NCBI GenBank assembly: GCA_045541535.1
Contig: JAZQJG010000098.1
Span: 26,981 to 90,980, forward strand
Direction of reading: 5' to 3'
Source: Eubacteriales bacterium
Lineage (GTDB): Bacteria; Bacillota; Clostridia; Oscillospirales; QAKW01
DNA length: 64,000 nucleotides
This document shows, piece after piece, positions 29,520-40,175 of the stretch. The position numbers and the translations under genes are program-made. The notes below the pieces were generated by a model. That model was given only the letters and a program-made list of their open reading frames with translations. It had not been told where the DNA came from and searched no databases. Numbering within the stretch: position 1 is the first letter of the stretch; every line of letters starts with the position of its first letter.

Positions 29520-32500
29520 TTAGAAGAAAGTAACCTGAGAGGATGCCGGCAGGTCACCGAACACTCCCTCTTGATTAAAGAGTTCAATAATGGTTTTAGA
29601 AACACCGGATTGGAGACGGAATTCTTCTTGGGACATAAAACCGCCTTCATCTCTGGTTTTTGCAATGGCAAGGGCCGCATTTTCACCAACACCGGAAAAT
29701 ACCGAGAATGGCATTCTGATCTTGCCGTTTTCCACAGTGAAATCAGTGGCGTGACTATGCTCAATGCTAACGGGCAAAAAGTCTACGCCTCGTTCCATTG
29801 CTTCAATAACAACCTGATAAGTCGTAGCTTTTTCCGTTTCGGTCGCTTTGGCTTGCTTGCCGAGATTTTCAATGGATTTAATCACGTTGCGCAGGTAATC
29901 TTCACCCTTGGAAACCTCCAGAGCGTCAAAACCGTCAGGACGTACACTCAAATGAGCCGCATAAAACTCCAACGGCGTATGAATCTTATACCAGCCCAAA
30001 CGAATGGCACCCATAACGTAAGCGGCGGCGTGGGCCTTGGGGAACATATATTTGATCTTCATACAAGATTCAACGTACCATTCAGGACAGCCGACGCGGT
30101 ACATTTCATCAATCATTTCCTGCGTCAACAATTTCTTGGCCTTACCCTTACGGACGATCTCCATAATTTTAAACGCCAGCGAGGGCTCCATTCCCTTATG
30201 AATCAGATACACCATAATATTATCACGGGTACCGATTACCTCTGAAATCGTACAGGTTCCGTTTTCAATCAAATCAGCGGCGTTACCGATCCATACGTCG
30301 GTACCATGGGACAAACCGGAAATCTGCAACAACTCAGAAAAGTTGGTGGGTTTTGCCTGCATCAGCATGCCACGTACGAAGTTGGTACCCATCTCGGGCA
30401 GCGCTAAAGTGCCGGTTTCGCAATCAATTTGTTCCGGCGTAACGCCCAGTGCCGCAGGAGATTGAAGCAAGCTGTACACCTCCGGATCGTTCATGGGAAT
30501 AGTCTCAAAGGGTATCCCGGTCAAATCATACATTTTACGAAGAAGAGTGGGCACATCGTGACCCAGAATATCAAACTTCAGGATCGTATCGTGCAAAGAA
30601 TGAAAATCAAAGTGAGTCGTCAAAATATCCGAAGTCTGATCATCTGCCGGATGCTGAATGGGGCAAAAATCAAACACGTCATATTCCTTCGGCACGACAA
30701 CCATACCGGCAGGATGCTGGCCGGTGGTACGTTTAGTCCCCATACAGCCATTAACGAGACGCAGGGTTTCGGCCTTATTGACCTGCTGACCCTTTTCTTC
30801 AAAGTATTTCTTAACATAACCAAAGGCGGTTTTATCCGCCAGCGTACCGATAGTACCTGCTTTATAAACATATTTAGCGCCAAACATCGTACGAACGTAT
30901 TCGTGAGCCACCGGTTGATAGACGCCGGAGAAGTTAAGGTTGATATCAGGAACTTTATCTCCCTTAAAACCAAGGAAGGTTTCAAAAGGAATGTCGTGAC
31001 CGTCACAACTAAGCTGAGTGCCGCAGTTTGGACACTTTTTAGGAGGCAGGTCAAATCCGGAACCAATAGACCCGTCGTCAAACCATTCCATATATTTGCA
31101 CTCAGGGCACAAATAGTGCGGCGGCAATGGGTTTACCTCCGAGATGCCGACAATATTAGCGGCAAAGGAAGAACCAACCGAACCACGGGAGCCGACGAAA
31201 TAGCCGTCTTCGTTAGATTTTTTAACCAGTTTTTGCGAGATCATATACATAACCGCAAAACCGTTACCGATAATGGCATCCAGTTCCCGTTCCATACGTG
31301 TAAGAACCTTTTCGGGGATGGGATCACCGTAAATGCGCTTTGCATTACTATAAGCAATTTCGCGAAGCTCATCCTCACAGCCCTCAATAACCGGAGGATA
31401 CATCCCTTCGGGAATGGGAATGATTTCCTCACACAGATCTGCAATGGCATTGGGATTTTTAATTACGATCTCTTGCGCTTTATCAGGCGGAAGATAATCA
31501 AATTCAGCTAACATTTCCGTAGTGTTACGGAAATAGAGGGGCGGCTGTTGATCAGCATCTCCATATCCTTGCCCTGCCTGCAAAATGCGACGGAAAACTT
31601 CATCATTTTTGTTTAAGAAATGAGCGTCACAAGTGGCACAAACCGGTTTACCAAGCTGATCACCCAAAGCAATAATCTTGCGGTTAAAATTACGAAGATC
31701 TTCAGAACTGTTTGCCAAGCCGTCACGTAGCATATACTGATTATTGCCCAAGGGTTGTACCTCTAAAAAGTCATAAAAAGAAGCAATATCGCACAACTCA
31801 GCATCGCTTTTTCCGTTCAAAACAGCCTTAAACAGCTCGCCTGCTTCGCAAGCGCTACCGATGATCAAGCCTTCCCTCAACTCTGCAATTTCACTTTTAA
31901 AAATTACGGGATGGGAATAAAAATGTTCAATGCTTCCCTTGGTGACCAACTTATAAAGGTTTTTAAGACCGATCTTATTCTTAACCAGAAGAATGATGTG
32001 ATAAGGCCGGTTATGCTTATGCACCAGTTGCATCAGCTCCGGCTCAACGATGGTGCGAATACCGTCCAGATCATCCCTACCCGTCTGATCTGTCACGTGA
32101 TTCATCAAAAACTGGAAAATACGGGCCAAAGTTTTAGCATCATCTACAGCGCGATGATGTTCAAAGTTGGGAAGATGAATTTTCTTTGCAACCGTATCCA
32201 ATTTGACAGAACGAACGCCGGGAAAAGCATACCGACAAAGAGGTACTGTGTCAATATAAGTATAATCAAAGGGGCGACCCAATTTGGCGGCACAAACCTT
32301 CATAAAACCAACGTCAAAGTTTGCATTGTGAGCAACAAGAACGCCATCCTCACCGCAAAAACGAATGAATTTTTCAAACGCCTCATCGGGTAAAGGTGCG
32401 TTAGCCACCATATTATCATTGATGCCGGTAAGCTCCACAATCTCAGGCGGGATAGAACAATCGGGGCGAACGAAGGTATGGAACTCTTCTTCAATAGAGC

Positions 32501-33872
32501 CGCCCACTACCTTCACGGCGCCGATTTCAATGATCTGATGTACCGCAGCTGAAAGACCGGTTGTTTCAATATCAAATACGACAAAGGTATCCTTAAAACT
32601 CTTTTTGGCATCACCGCAAATCACAGGCGGTATGGTATCGTCGGCCATATATCCTTCCATACCATACAAGATTTTGACGCCGTGCTCTTTACCGGCGGCG
32701 GCAGCCTGAGGATAGGCCTGGACGTTACCGTGATCGGTGATAGCAATAGCTTTATGTCCCCACTCAGCGGCACGCTTTACAAAATCACCGATTTCGTTGG
32801 TAGCATCCATAGAAGACATTTTTGTATGAAGATGCAGCTCCACACGTTTTTCAGGCGCATTATCCAAAAGCTTTTTCTTGGTAGCGGTGGCGATAGCCGA
32901 GGCGTTTAATATTATATCATCCTCAAAGCGATCATATTCCACCATACCGGAAACAGCAATACAATTACCGTTAGTAAGCTTGCCTTCGTATTTTTCAAAC
33001 GCAGTAATACTGTCACGGAATTTTACGACAAAAGAACCGGTCTGATCGGTAATATAAATGGTCGCGCGGATATTTTTACCGTCCCAAAGAACACGGGTAT
33101 CAAAACTAAAAATTTCACCAACAATCGTGACCCTACCACTGTCGGGATTCAGCTCACTGATTTTAACGATGGTATCGCCGATTTTCTTTCCACGCAACAT
33201 TTCGGAATCCTTGAGATCAAAGGGCATATCCCCTACTGCAAACAGCATCTTAGGATCAACCAGTGACGGCTTACGACGCTGAACCGGTGCCGGAGCCTCC
33301 TTTTGCTGAGATGGCGGAGGAGGCGGAGGAGCCATCATATCAATAGGCGGAGGCACGGGAAGATCAATCTCACCGATTTCGTTGGCATCTTCCGTAATCT
33401 GCGTAACGCCGGTAAAAACAACGTTTACGCTAACGTCAAACCACTGTGCAATCAGTTTACGAATCTGCTCGTCCACCTTGAAAGTTTTCAGAATTGACAA
33501 ACCACCATGGGTAAGTTCAATGGCCAACTCATTCTCATTCAATGTGGCCCGGCTACCGTCCAAAAATCCATTACAATTCCGGTTTTTGGAACGAACATAT
33601 GCGACGATCTCCCGCCACATGTCGTCATTAAACGTAATTTTTGAAAAGCTGACGTCCAGTTGCAAATGTTGCAAACGATACACACGCTCAAGGTCGTCAA
33701 ACACACCTTTGATCATTTTGAAAGGAATAAATTCATTAAACCGAACGTTTCCCAATAAATAGCGTTTTTCTCTTTCAATACGTACGTTTGAAACGATTGC
33801 AGAAGCAAAGGCGGAATCATAATCATCCTTATTCAGTTTCGTAAAAATTTCAAAGAATAAACGTTCCGTCAT
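29520..33872 (-). CDS. polC: DNA polymerase III PolC type (Gram-positive replicase)
   Basis: 1450 aa with an embedded DEDD exonuclease (FVVFDIETTGLS, HRAVDDA), a split PHP domain and the polymerase core. Confidence 0.98.
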   Translation of the reverse strand: MTERLFFEIFTKLNKDDYDSAFASAIVSNVRIEREKRYLLGNVRFNEFIPFKMIKGVFDDLERVYRLQHLQLDVSFSKITFNDDMWREIVAYVRSKNRNCNGFLDGSRATLNENELAIELTHGGLSILKTFKVDEQIRKLIAQWFDVSVNVVFTGVTQITEDANEIGEIDLPVPPPIDMMAPPPPPPSQQKEAPAPVQRRKPSLVDPKMLFAVGDMPFDLKDSEMLRGKKIGDTIVKISELNPDSGRVTIVGEIFSFDTRVLWDGKNIRATIYITDQTGSFVVKFRDSITAFEKYEGKLTNGNCIAVSGMVEYDRFEDDIILNASAIATATKKKLLDNAPEKRVELHLHTKMSSMDATNEIGDFVKRAAEWGHKAIAITDHGNVQAYPQAAAAGKEHGVKILYGMEGYMADDTIPPVICGDAKKSFKDTFVVFDIETTGLSAAVHQIIEIGAVKVVGGSIEEEFHTFVRPDCSIPPEIVELTGINDNMVANAPLPDEAFEKFIRFCGEDGVLVAHNANFDVGFMKVCAAKLGRPFDYTYIDTVPLCRYAFPGVRSVKLDTVAKKIHLPNFEHHRAVDDAKTLARIFQFLMNHVTDQTGRDDLDGIRTIVEPELMQLVHKHNRPYHIILLVKNKIGLKNLYKLVTKGSIEHFYSHPVIFKSEIAELREGLIIGSACEAGELFKAVLNGKSDAELCDIASFYDFLEVQPLGNNQYMLRDGLANSSEDLRNFNRKIIALGDQLGKPVCATCDAHFLNKNDEVFRRILQAGQGYGDADQQPPLYFRNTTEMLAEFDYLPPDKAQEIVIKNPNAIADLCEEIIPIPEGMYPPVIEGCEDELREIAYSNAKRIYGDPIPEKVLTRMERELDAIIGNGFAVMYMISQKLVKKSNEDGYFVGSRGSVGSSFAANIVGISEVNPLPPHYLCPECKYMEWFDDGSIGSGFDLPPKKCPNCGTQLSCDGHDIPFETFLGFKGDKVPDINLNFSGVYQPVAHEYVRTMFGAKYVYKAGTIGTLADKTAFGYVKKYFEEKGQQVNKAETLRLVNGCMGTKRTTGQHPAGMVVVPKEYDVFDFCPIQHPADDQTSDILTTHFDFHSLHDTILKFDILGHDVPTLLRKMYDLTGIPFETIPMNDPEVYSLLQSPAALGVTPEQIDCETGTLALPEMGTNFVRGMLMQAKPTNFSELLQISGLSHGTDVWIGNAADLIENGTCTISEVIGTRDNIMVYLIHKGMEPSLAFKIMEIVRKGKAKKLLTQEMIDEMYRVGCPEWYVESCMKIKYMFPKAHAAAYVMGAIRLGWYKIHTPLEFYAAHLSVRPDGFDALEVSKGEDYLRNVIKSIENLGKQAKATETEKATTYQVVIEAMERGVDFLPVSIEHSHATDFTVENGKIRMPFSVFSGVGENAALAIAKTRDEGGFMSQEEFRLQSGVSKTIIELFNQEGVFGDLPASSQVTFF

Positions 33873-33882
33873 ATGTCCTCCG

Positions 33883-34917
33883 TTATAATTTATCTATTTC
33901 CGTTTTTAGTCTATCCAATATTTCATCATAGGGAACCTTACAAATGATTTCACCACGTTTGAACAGCAGTCCCTCCCCTTTACCGCCGGCAATGCCGATA
34001 TCGGCTTCACGGGCTTCTCCGGGGCCGTTTACAACGCATCCCATGACGGCAACTTTGATGGGTTTATGAACGTCCTGCAACATTTTTTCTACTTGTTTTG
34101 CCAAGCCAATCAAATCAATTTGTGTTCTACCGCAGGTAGGACAGGAAACAAGCTGAGGCTCACCCGGTAAAAGATCCAAAGCGTTGAGAATTTGACGAGC
34201 AGCAACAATCTCCTCCACCGGATCATCTGTCAAGGAAACACGGATGGTGCTACCAATGCCGTCCAACAGCAAAGCGCCGATGCCGACGGCGTTTTTAATG
34301 ACACCACGAGCGCCGGGGCCTGCTTCAGTTACGCCGATATGCAGCAAATAATCCCGCTCCTTTGCCATCAAACGATAAGCACGGACCATTTCTGCTACGT
34401 TAGAAGATTTCATAGAAATCACAATATCAGTAAAGTTAAACTTTTCCAGCAAAGACGCATGATACAGCGCACTCTCAACCAACGCTTCGGCAGTTGGCGC
34501 TCCGTACTTTTCCAAGATTCCTTTTTCCAGCGATCCGCCGTTTACACCGATGCGGATCGGAATATGATGTGCTTTGCATTTTTCAGCTACCACACGGACA
34601 TTGTCGTCACCACCGATATTACCGGGATTGATGCGCACCTTGTCAACACCGGCATCCACAGCCGCCAAAGCAAGCTTGTAATCAAAGTGAATATCTGCCA
34701 CAATGGGCATCGTCGTGTGTGCTTTCAGTGCCTGAATAACGGGAATCGCCTGAAGATCAGGCACCGCCAGTCGCAACACCTGACAGCCGGCCTTTTCCAA
34801 AGCATCGGCCTGCTGCAATGCTGCTTCAACGTCACCATTAGGGGTTGAAAGCATGGATTGAATCAATACAGGGCAACCGTCCCCGATGGTAAATTTTCCA
34901 ATTTTAAGCTGTTTCAT
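33883..34917 (-). CDS. ispG: 4-hydroxy-3-methylbut-2-en-1-yl diphosphate synthase
   Basis: TIM-barrel N-terminal region plus the Fe-S Cys motifs CPTCGRT and MGCVVNGPGE. Confidence 0.95.
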   Translation of the reverse strand: MKQLKIGKFTIGDGCPVLIQSMLSTPNGDVEAALQQADALEKAGCQVLRLAVPDLQAIPVIQALKAHTTMPIVADIHFDYKLALAAVDAGVDKVRINPGNIGGDDNVRVVAEKCKAHHIPIRIGVNGGSLEKGILEKYGAPTAEALVESALYHASLLEKFNFTDIVISMKSSNVAEMVRAYRLMAKERDYLLHIGVTEAGPGARGVIKNAVGIGALLLDGIGSTIRVSLTDDPVEEIVAARQILNALDLLPGEPQLVSCPTCGRTQIDLIGLAKQVEKMLQDVHKPIKVAVMGCVVNGPGEAREADIGIAGGKGEGLLFKRGEIICKVPYDEILDRLKTEIDKL

Positions 34918-34925
34918 ATAAACTC

Positions 34926-35975
34926 CTAAAAGAGATTGATAACATCCTTTACGGTAATGATTATCATCAAAAGCATCAGCAATCCAAAGCCAATGGTATT
35001 TATGGCCATCTCTACTTTTTCATTCAGTTTTTTGCGAAAGACCGCTTCATAACCGAGCAAAACGATTCTTCCACCATCCAACGCCGGAAACGGAAGCAGA
35101 TTCACCACGCCCAAATTGATGGAAATCATTGCCATCATCAAAAACAGTGAGGCAAAATCAATGCCCTTTTCCGTAGACACCGTTTCTCCGACGATCTTTG
35201 TGGTGCCAACTACCCCGCTGACGTTATTAATGTTGGCTTTTCCGGTGATCAAAGAGCCGAAAAATGAATAAATGGAACGGGAAAGAGATACCGTACTGTT
35301 GAAAGAATATTCCAACGTGCTCCAAACCGTCTTTTTGGCGGGATTAACATAAAAATCAACGCTGTAAAAGCTACCGGCGTAATCCGTGTCCGTAACTGGA
35401 AGAAGGACGTCGTTTACTTCCACCTTTTTTCCGTCTCGAATCACCACAAAATCCAACGGCTCTTTTACATCCATAGAGCAAGCATAGCCTATATCGTTGT
35501 AAGTGAAAATACGATATCCGTTGATTGAATGAATTTTATCCTGTTCTTGTAAACCATAACCAACAGAAACCGCATCATCGTGAAACTGATCGATTACCGT
35601 GGTGGGATAAGCTCTCCAGCCAGCCAACGCACCGTATACCAGGCAAGTCAGCAAAAAACCAAAGATCAAATTATTAAAAGCGCCGGCAAACAGAATGATA
35701 AACCGTTTCCATTTGGGCTTGTTATTAAAGGAATTCTCATCCGTTCCCTCGCCGTCTTCACCATCCATTTGAACAAAACCGCCAATCGGAAAAAGACGAA
35801 GAGAATATAGGGTTTCTTTACCTTGCTTTTTAAAAATCGTAGGTCCCATTCCAAGGCCAAATTCATTGATCTTAACTTTAGCCCAGCGAGCGGTTAAAAA
35901 ATGACCAAGTTCGTGAACTAAAATCAATACACCGAACATCAACACGGTAAGCACGATGGTAACTACTGTTTGCAT
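34926..35975 (-). CDS. rseP: RIP site-2 metalloprotease RseP/RasP
   Basis: HELGH zinc motif in TM1, a central PDZ-like region, NLLPFPALDGG motif. Confidence 0.93.
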   Translation of the reverse strand: MQTVVTIVLTVLMFGVLILVHELGHFLTARWAKVKINEFGLGMGPTIFKKQGKETLYSLRLFPIGGFVQMDGEDGEGTDENSFNNKPKWKRFIILFAGAFNNLIFGFLLTCLVYGALAGWRAYPTTVIDQFHDDAVSVGYGLQEQDKIHSINGYRIFTYNDIGYACSMDVKEPLDFVVIRDGKKVEVNDVLLPVTDTDYAGSFYSVDFYVNPAKKTVWSTLEYSFNSTVSLSRSIYSFFGSLITGKANINNVSGVVGTTKIVGETVSTEKGIDFASLFLMMAMISINLGVVNLLPFPALDGGRIVLLGYEAVFRKKLNEKVEMAINTIGFGLLMLLMIIITVKDVINLF

Positions 35976-37135
35976 AAATCCTCCTGACCGAATGAACTAT
36001 TTACAAAATGACGAGCCCAAGCGTCGGTATCCAACACGTCCTGTAATGTATATTCGGCAACGTCGTTTGAAAATGTATGAAAACATTGCTCCACAATTTC
36101 ACCGATCTCACAAAAATCAATTTTGTCCTGCAAAAACAGTGCAACCGCCTGTTCATTAGCGCCGTTGACTGCCGCAGGATACAATCCGCCACGAGCAAGC
36201 GCCCTACGACAAACGTCCAGACACTTAAACACCCCAGTGTCAACGTCTTCAAAATGCAAGGTTTTGCCATACAAATCAAGCCCCAGCGTTTCGGCAGGCG
36301 CCGGAGCACGATCGGGATAGGTAAAGGCATACTGAATGGGAATCTCCATACTGGGAACCCCCATTTGGGCCAATACGGCGTGATCCTCAAATTCCACCAT
36401 GGAATGAACGATACTCTCGGGATGCACCACGACTTTTATACGCTCTGCCGGTACGTCAAACAGCCATCTGGCCTCTATGACCTCCAGCCCTTTGTTCATC
36501 ATCGTAGCACTGTCAATGGTAATTTTTGCTCCCATAGACCAATTGGGATGGCGAAGGGCCTGTTCTTTTGTCACCTCACGGAGTTGTTTGGCAGTATAGC
36601 CTCTGAATGGGCCGCCGGAGGCAGTGAGCAAAATGTTCTCAACTTTATTATGCACCGTTTGTTGCAAACATTGAAAAATTGCACTATGTTCGCTGTCAAC
36701 AGGATAAATATGAATCCCTTTTTCCTGCGCTTTGCTCATAATCAGTTGACCGGCACACACCAAGGTCTCCTTATTGGCAAGAGCAATATCCTTACCGGCT
36801 TCAATAGCAGCAAGCGTGGGGACAAGACCAATCATACCAACCATAGAGGTCAGCACGATATCAGCTTCCTCCAGCGTAGCCACAGTGACGTTGCCCTCTT
36901 GTCCGGTAAGAATCTGTGTAGATAAATCTTTAATTTTTTCTTTAAGTTTAGCGGCTTGTTCCGCATCGTAAACGGAAACCACACGAGGTCTGAACTCACG
37001 AATTTGTTCTTCTAAAAGTTCAATGTTTTTATAAGCACTTAAAGCGCCCACGGTATATCCGAGTCTTCGGATCACCGTAAGCGCTTGTGTACCTATGGAA
37101 CCTGTGCTGCCTAAAATAGCAATCGTTTTCATCAT
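35963..37135 (-). CDS. dxr: 1-deoxy-D-xylulose 5-phosphate reductoisomerase
   Basis: ILGSTGSIGTQAL NADPH-binding motif, 390 aa. Confidence 0.96.
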   Translation of the reverse strand: MMKTIAILGSTGSIGTQALTVIRRLGYTVGALSAYKNIELLEEQIREFRPRVVSVYDAEQAAKLKEKIKDLSTQILTGQEGNVTVATLEEADIVLTSMVGMIGLVPTLAAIEAGKDIALANKETLVCAGQLIMSKAQEKGIHIYPVDSEHSAIFQCLQQTVHNKVENILLTASGGPFRGYTAKQLREVTKEQALRHPNWSMGAKITIDSATMMNKGLEVIEARWLFDVPAERIKVVVHPESIVHSMVEFEDHAVLAQMGVPSMEIPIQYAFTYPDRAPAPAETLGLDLYGKTLHFEDVDTGVFKCLDVCRRALARGGLYPAAVNGANEQAVALFLQDKIDFCEIGEIVEQCFHTFSNDVAEYTLQDVLDTDAWARHFVNSSFGQEDLCKQ

Positions 37136-37986
37136 ACAACAATAGGCTGAATGCTCAGCAACATATAAAAGGTGGGTGCGATGAAGATCAAAGAATCCAG
37201 GCGATCTAATACCCCGCCGTGACCGGGCAAAATACTACCGAAGTCCTTGATTCCATAGGAACGTTTGATCATAGAGAAAGATAAATCTCCGATCTGACCC
37301 ACAATGGTACAAACAAAAGAGTAAAGCAACACCAATTCCCAACGGATGGTGACATTTCCGAATTCTTGATACACCAGTGCGCTGATGCAGAAAAAGATAA
37401 CACAGCACACCGCTCCACCCAAAGAGCCCTCAATGGATTTTTTGGGGCTGACAAGCGGCGCAAATTTGTGCTTGCCGATACAAATACCGATCAAATACGC
37501 AAAAATATCCGTAACCCATGCGCCGCCGACAATGGCAAGAATCATATAAAACAAGCCGTGATCCAAACGACGAATGTAAATGATACAAGACATAAAAGAA
37601 GAAATGATCAGCGAAAGAAACATAATTGCTGTAGTGTTATTAAATTTTAAGGTTTTCATATTGCACATTAAGAGCAAAAAGGAAACCATACAGTAAGCAA
37701 AGGACAAAATAATAACACCGTAAAAGGCGCTCCGTCCCGGAATGATATAGGGCTTAAAAGCAAATACCAAGGGATTAAGCGCGCCAAAAATCAAACTGGG
37801 CAAAATAAACACTTTTTTCTCATCGGCATACCCGGTGCCCCGAATCGCTTCCCAAATACAAAAACAAACCAAAAGCGAAATGGAAATTTCGAATAAGGGG
37901 CTGGAGAATGAGGTAAGAAAAATCAACGCAAATACGGCAAAGACAATCAAGCTTGAATAAAAGCGGGTCAAAATGTTTTGTTTCAT
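37132..37986 (-). CDS. cdsA: Phosphatidate cytidylyltransferase
   Basis: Signature SMIKRSYGIKDFGSILPGHGGVLDRLDS. Confidence 0.95.
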   Translation of the reverse strand: MKQNILTRFYSSLIVFAVFALIFLTSFSSPLFEISISLLVCFCIWEAIRGTGYADEKKVFILPSLIFGALNPLVFAFKPYIIPGRSAFYGVIILSFAYCMVSFLLLMCNMKTLKFNNTTAIMFLSLIISSFMSCIIYIRRLDHGLFYMILAIVGGAWVTDIFAYLIGICIGKHKFAPLVSPKKSIEGSLGGAVCCVIFFCISALVYQEFGNVTIRWELVLLYSFVCTIVGQIGDLSFSMIKRSYGIKDFGSILPGHGGVLDRLDSLIFIAPTFYMLLSIQPIVV

Positions 37987-38729
37987 ATAGCGCCAAATCT
38001 CCTTTCTCTGTTTTGATAATGAATGATGGCTTGTACCAAATTTTCAGGCTTGTAATCAGGCCACAAAATTTCATCAAAGTAAAATTCGCTGTACGCACTT
38101 TGCCACAGCAAAAAATTGGATAAGCGGTATTCCCCGCTGGGACGAATGATCAGATCACATTCCGACAAGTCATCAAAATACAAATGATCTGAAATTATTT
38201 CCTCGGAAATATCGTTTGCAAGGAGCTCCCCTTTTTCAACTTTCCGGGCAATGCGTCGAACGCCATCTGCAATTTCTTTACGACCGCCGTAGTTCAACGC
38301 AACATTCAGCGTTTTAGGAGCATATTTTTCACTCTCACGTTCCAAAAGACGAATCCGCTCAACCATAGCTGGGTCCAGTGGCGAGAGGTCACCCAAAAAG
38401 CGAACACGCACCTTACGCACGTCGCAATCACGTAAACCTTCCTCAACGTAGTCTTTTAAAATGGACATGATTTTATCCACTTCTTCTTTGGGGCGTTTCC
38501 AGTTCTCGGTAGAAAAAGCATAAAAGGTAACCTGTTCAATACCGAGATCGCCGGCAAATTGAGAAATGGTGCGAAAGGCCTGAATTCCCGCAAGGTGACC
38601 TGCCGTGCGAGGCAATCCCCTCTTTTGCGCCCAACGTCCGTTTCCGTCCATGATAAGTCCGATATGACGAGGCAAATTGTTCAGATCCAAACCTTCTGTG
38701 ACTGGCTTTTTCTTTGAAAACAAACTCAT
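37983..38729 (-). CDS. uppS: Undecaprenyl diphosphate synthase (isoprenyl transferase)
   Basis: HIGLIMDGNGRWA and RxSNFLLWQ motifs. Confidence 0.96.
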   Translation of the reverse strand: MSLFSKKKPVTEGLDLNNLPRHIGLIMDGNGRWAQKRGLPRTAGHLAGIQAFRTISQFAGDLGIEQVTFYAFSTENWKRPKEEVDKIMSILKDYVEEGLRDCDVRKVRVRFLGDLSPLDPAMVERIRLLERESEKYAPKTLNVALNYGGRKEIADGVRRIARKVEKGELLANDISEEIISDHLYFDDLSECDLIIRPSGEYRLSNFLLWQSAYSEFYFDEILWPDYKPENLVQAIIHYQNRERRFGAI

Positions 38730-38744
38730 AAAAACTCCTAAATA

Positions 38745-38774
38745 ATGGAAAATTGACCCCTCCGAAGAGGGGTC
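38745..38774 (-). terminator. Hairpin/attenuating terminator between frr and uppS
   Basis: GACCCCTC-loop-GAGGGGTC followed by AATTTTCC on the minus strand. The U-tract is weak. Confidence 0.5.
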
Positions 38775-38781
38775 GGAATAA

Positions 38782-39333
38782 TTATACGGACATTACTTCC
38801 TTTTCCTTGTCAGCAATCAAGGCATCGATATCCTTACAATACTTATCCGTCAGCTTTTGAATATCGTTCTCTGCGCCCTTTAAATCGTCCTCGGTCATTT
38901 CACCGGCCTTTTGCATTTTCTTGAAAGAATCCAGTGCATCACGGCGAATGGAACGAATGGCAACCTTGCTGTCCTCACCCATCTTCTTTACGTCTTTAAC
39001 CAATTCCTTGCGGCGCTCTTCGGTGGGCTGCGGGAAAGTCAGACGAACGGCTTTATCATCAGTGCTGGGTGTAATACCCAGATCGGAAGCGAGAATTGCT
39101 TTCTCAATCGGTTTAACCAGAGAAGCGTCCCAAGGCTGAACATAAAGTACACGAGGCTCGGGAACGGAAATGGCGGCAACCTGATTCAGCGGAGAAGGAA
39201 CGCCGTAATACTCAACCGTAATACGGTCCAGTACGGCAGCATTTGCTCTGCCAGCCCGCAGGCTTCCCAAATCTCTGGTGAGTACCTGGATAGTCTTCTG
39301 CATTTTGGTTTCAAATTCAACATACTTACTCAT
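38782..39333 (-). CDS. frr: Ribosome recycling factor
   Basis: Full-length Frr pattern (LRAGRANAAVLDRI.., TEERRKELVK). Confidence 0.97.
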   Translation of the reverse strand: MSKYVEFETKMQKTIQVLTRDLGSLRAGRANAAVLDRITVEYYGVPSPLNQVAAISVPEPRVLYVQPWDASLVKPIEKAILASDLGITPSTDDKAVRLTFPQPTEERRKELVKDVKKMGEDSKVAIRSIRRDALDSFKKMQKAGEMTEDDLKGAENDIQKLTDKYCKDIDALIADKEKEVMSV

Positions 39334-39335
39334 AA

Positions 39336-40052
39336 TTAAAACTCCTTTGCAACAAGTGTGCCAATATCGTCGCCCCGAACGGCACGAATAATATTTTCGG
39401 GATCGGACATATCAAATACATAGATCGGAATACTGTTATCACGGCATATGGCAGTAGCAGCGCCGTCCAGCACGTGAAGATCTTTTGCAAGCATTTCATC
39501 CAAGGAAAGATGATCATAACGAGTGGCATCCGGATTCTTTTTGGGATCGTCAGTGTACACACCGTCAACGTTGGTCGCCTTGAAAATCACGTTGGCATTA
39601 ATTTCCGCTGCGCGCAGTGCAGCAGCGGTATCAGTGGAGAAATAAGGATTGCCGGTTCCGCAACCAAATATTACGATTCTCCCCTTTTCCAAATGACGAA
39701 CTGCGCGATTGCGAATATAAAGCTCGGCAATCTGTCTCATCTCAATAGCGGTCTGCACTCTGGAATCAACGCCTAACTGGGAAAAAGCGTCGTGAATTGC
39801 CAAAGCGTTCATCGTGGTAGCCAGCATACCGATATGGTCCGCTCTGGTGCGATCCATATACTGATTACTTCTGCCTCTCCAATAGTTACCGCCGCCAACA
39901 ACGATTGCAATATCGGCACCCATTTCCTTACATACCTTGATCTTTTCACAGATCTTAAGCAAATTTTCAAAGTCAATACCCATTGATTTGCCGTTTGCCA
40001 GCGCCTCACCGCTGAGCTTAAGTAAGATCCGTTTGTACTTTAACCCGGCCAT
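39336..40052 (-). CDS. pyrH: UMP kinase
   Basis: [13 protein letters not shown] and GGGN amino-acid-kinase fold motifs. Confidence 0.97.
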   Translation of the reverse strand: MAGLKYKRILLKLSGEALANGKSMGIDFENLLKICEKIKVCKEMGADIAIVVGGGNYWRGRSNQYMDRTRADHIGMLATTMNALAIHDAFSQLGVDSRVQTAIEMRQIAELYIRNRAVRHLEKGRIVIFGCGTGNPYFSTDTAAALRAAEINANVIFKATNVDGVYTDDPKKNPDATRYDHLSLDEMLAKDLHVLDGAATAICRDNSIPIYVFDMSDPENIIRAVRGDDIGTLVAKEF

Positions 40053-40140
40053 ACTCCGCCTCCTAAAAACTTTATTATATATAATATATAAAATTTTCTA
40101 CAATTTGTAAATAGAATTATAAAAAATTCTTAATTTTTTC

Positions 40141-40175
40141 ACATTAAAAAAGCAAAGCGGTTACGCTTTGCTTTT
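40141..40175 (-). terminator. Rho-independent terminator after thiT (stem spans the stop codon)
   Basis: AAAAGCAAAGCG-GTTA-CGCTTTGCTTTT, with TTTTTT on the minus strand. Confidence 0.8.
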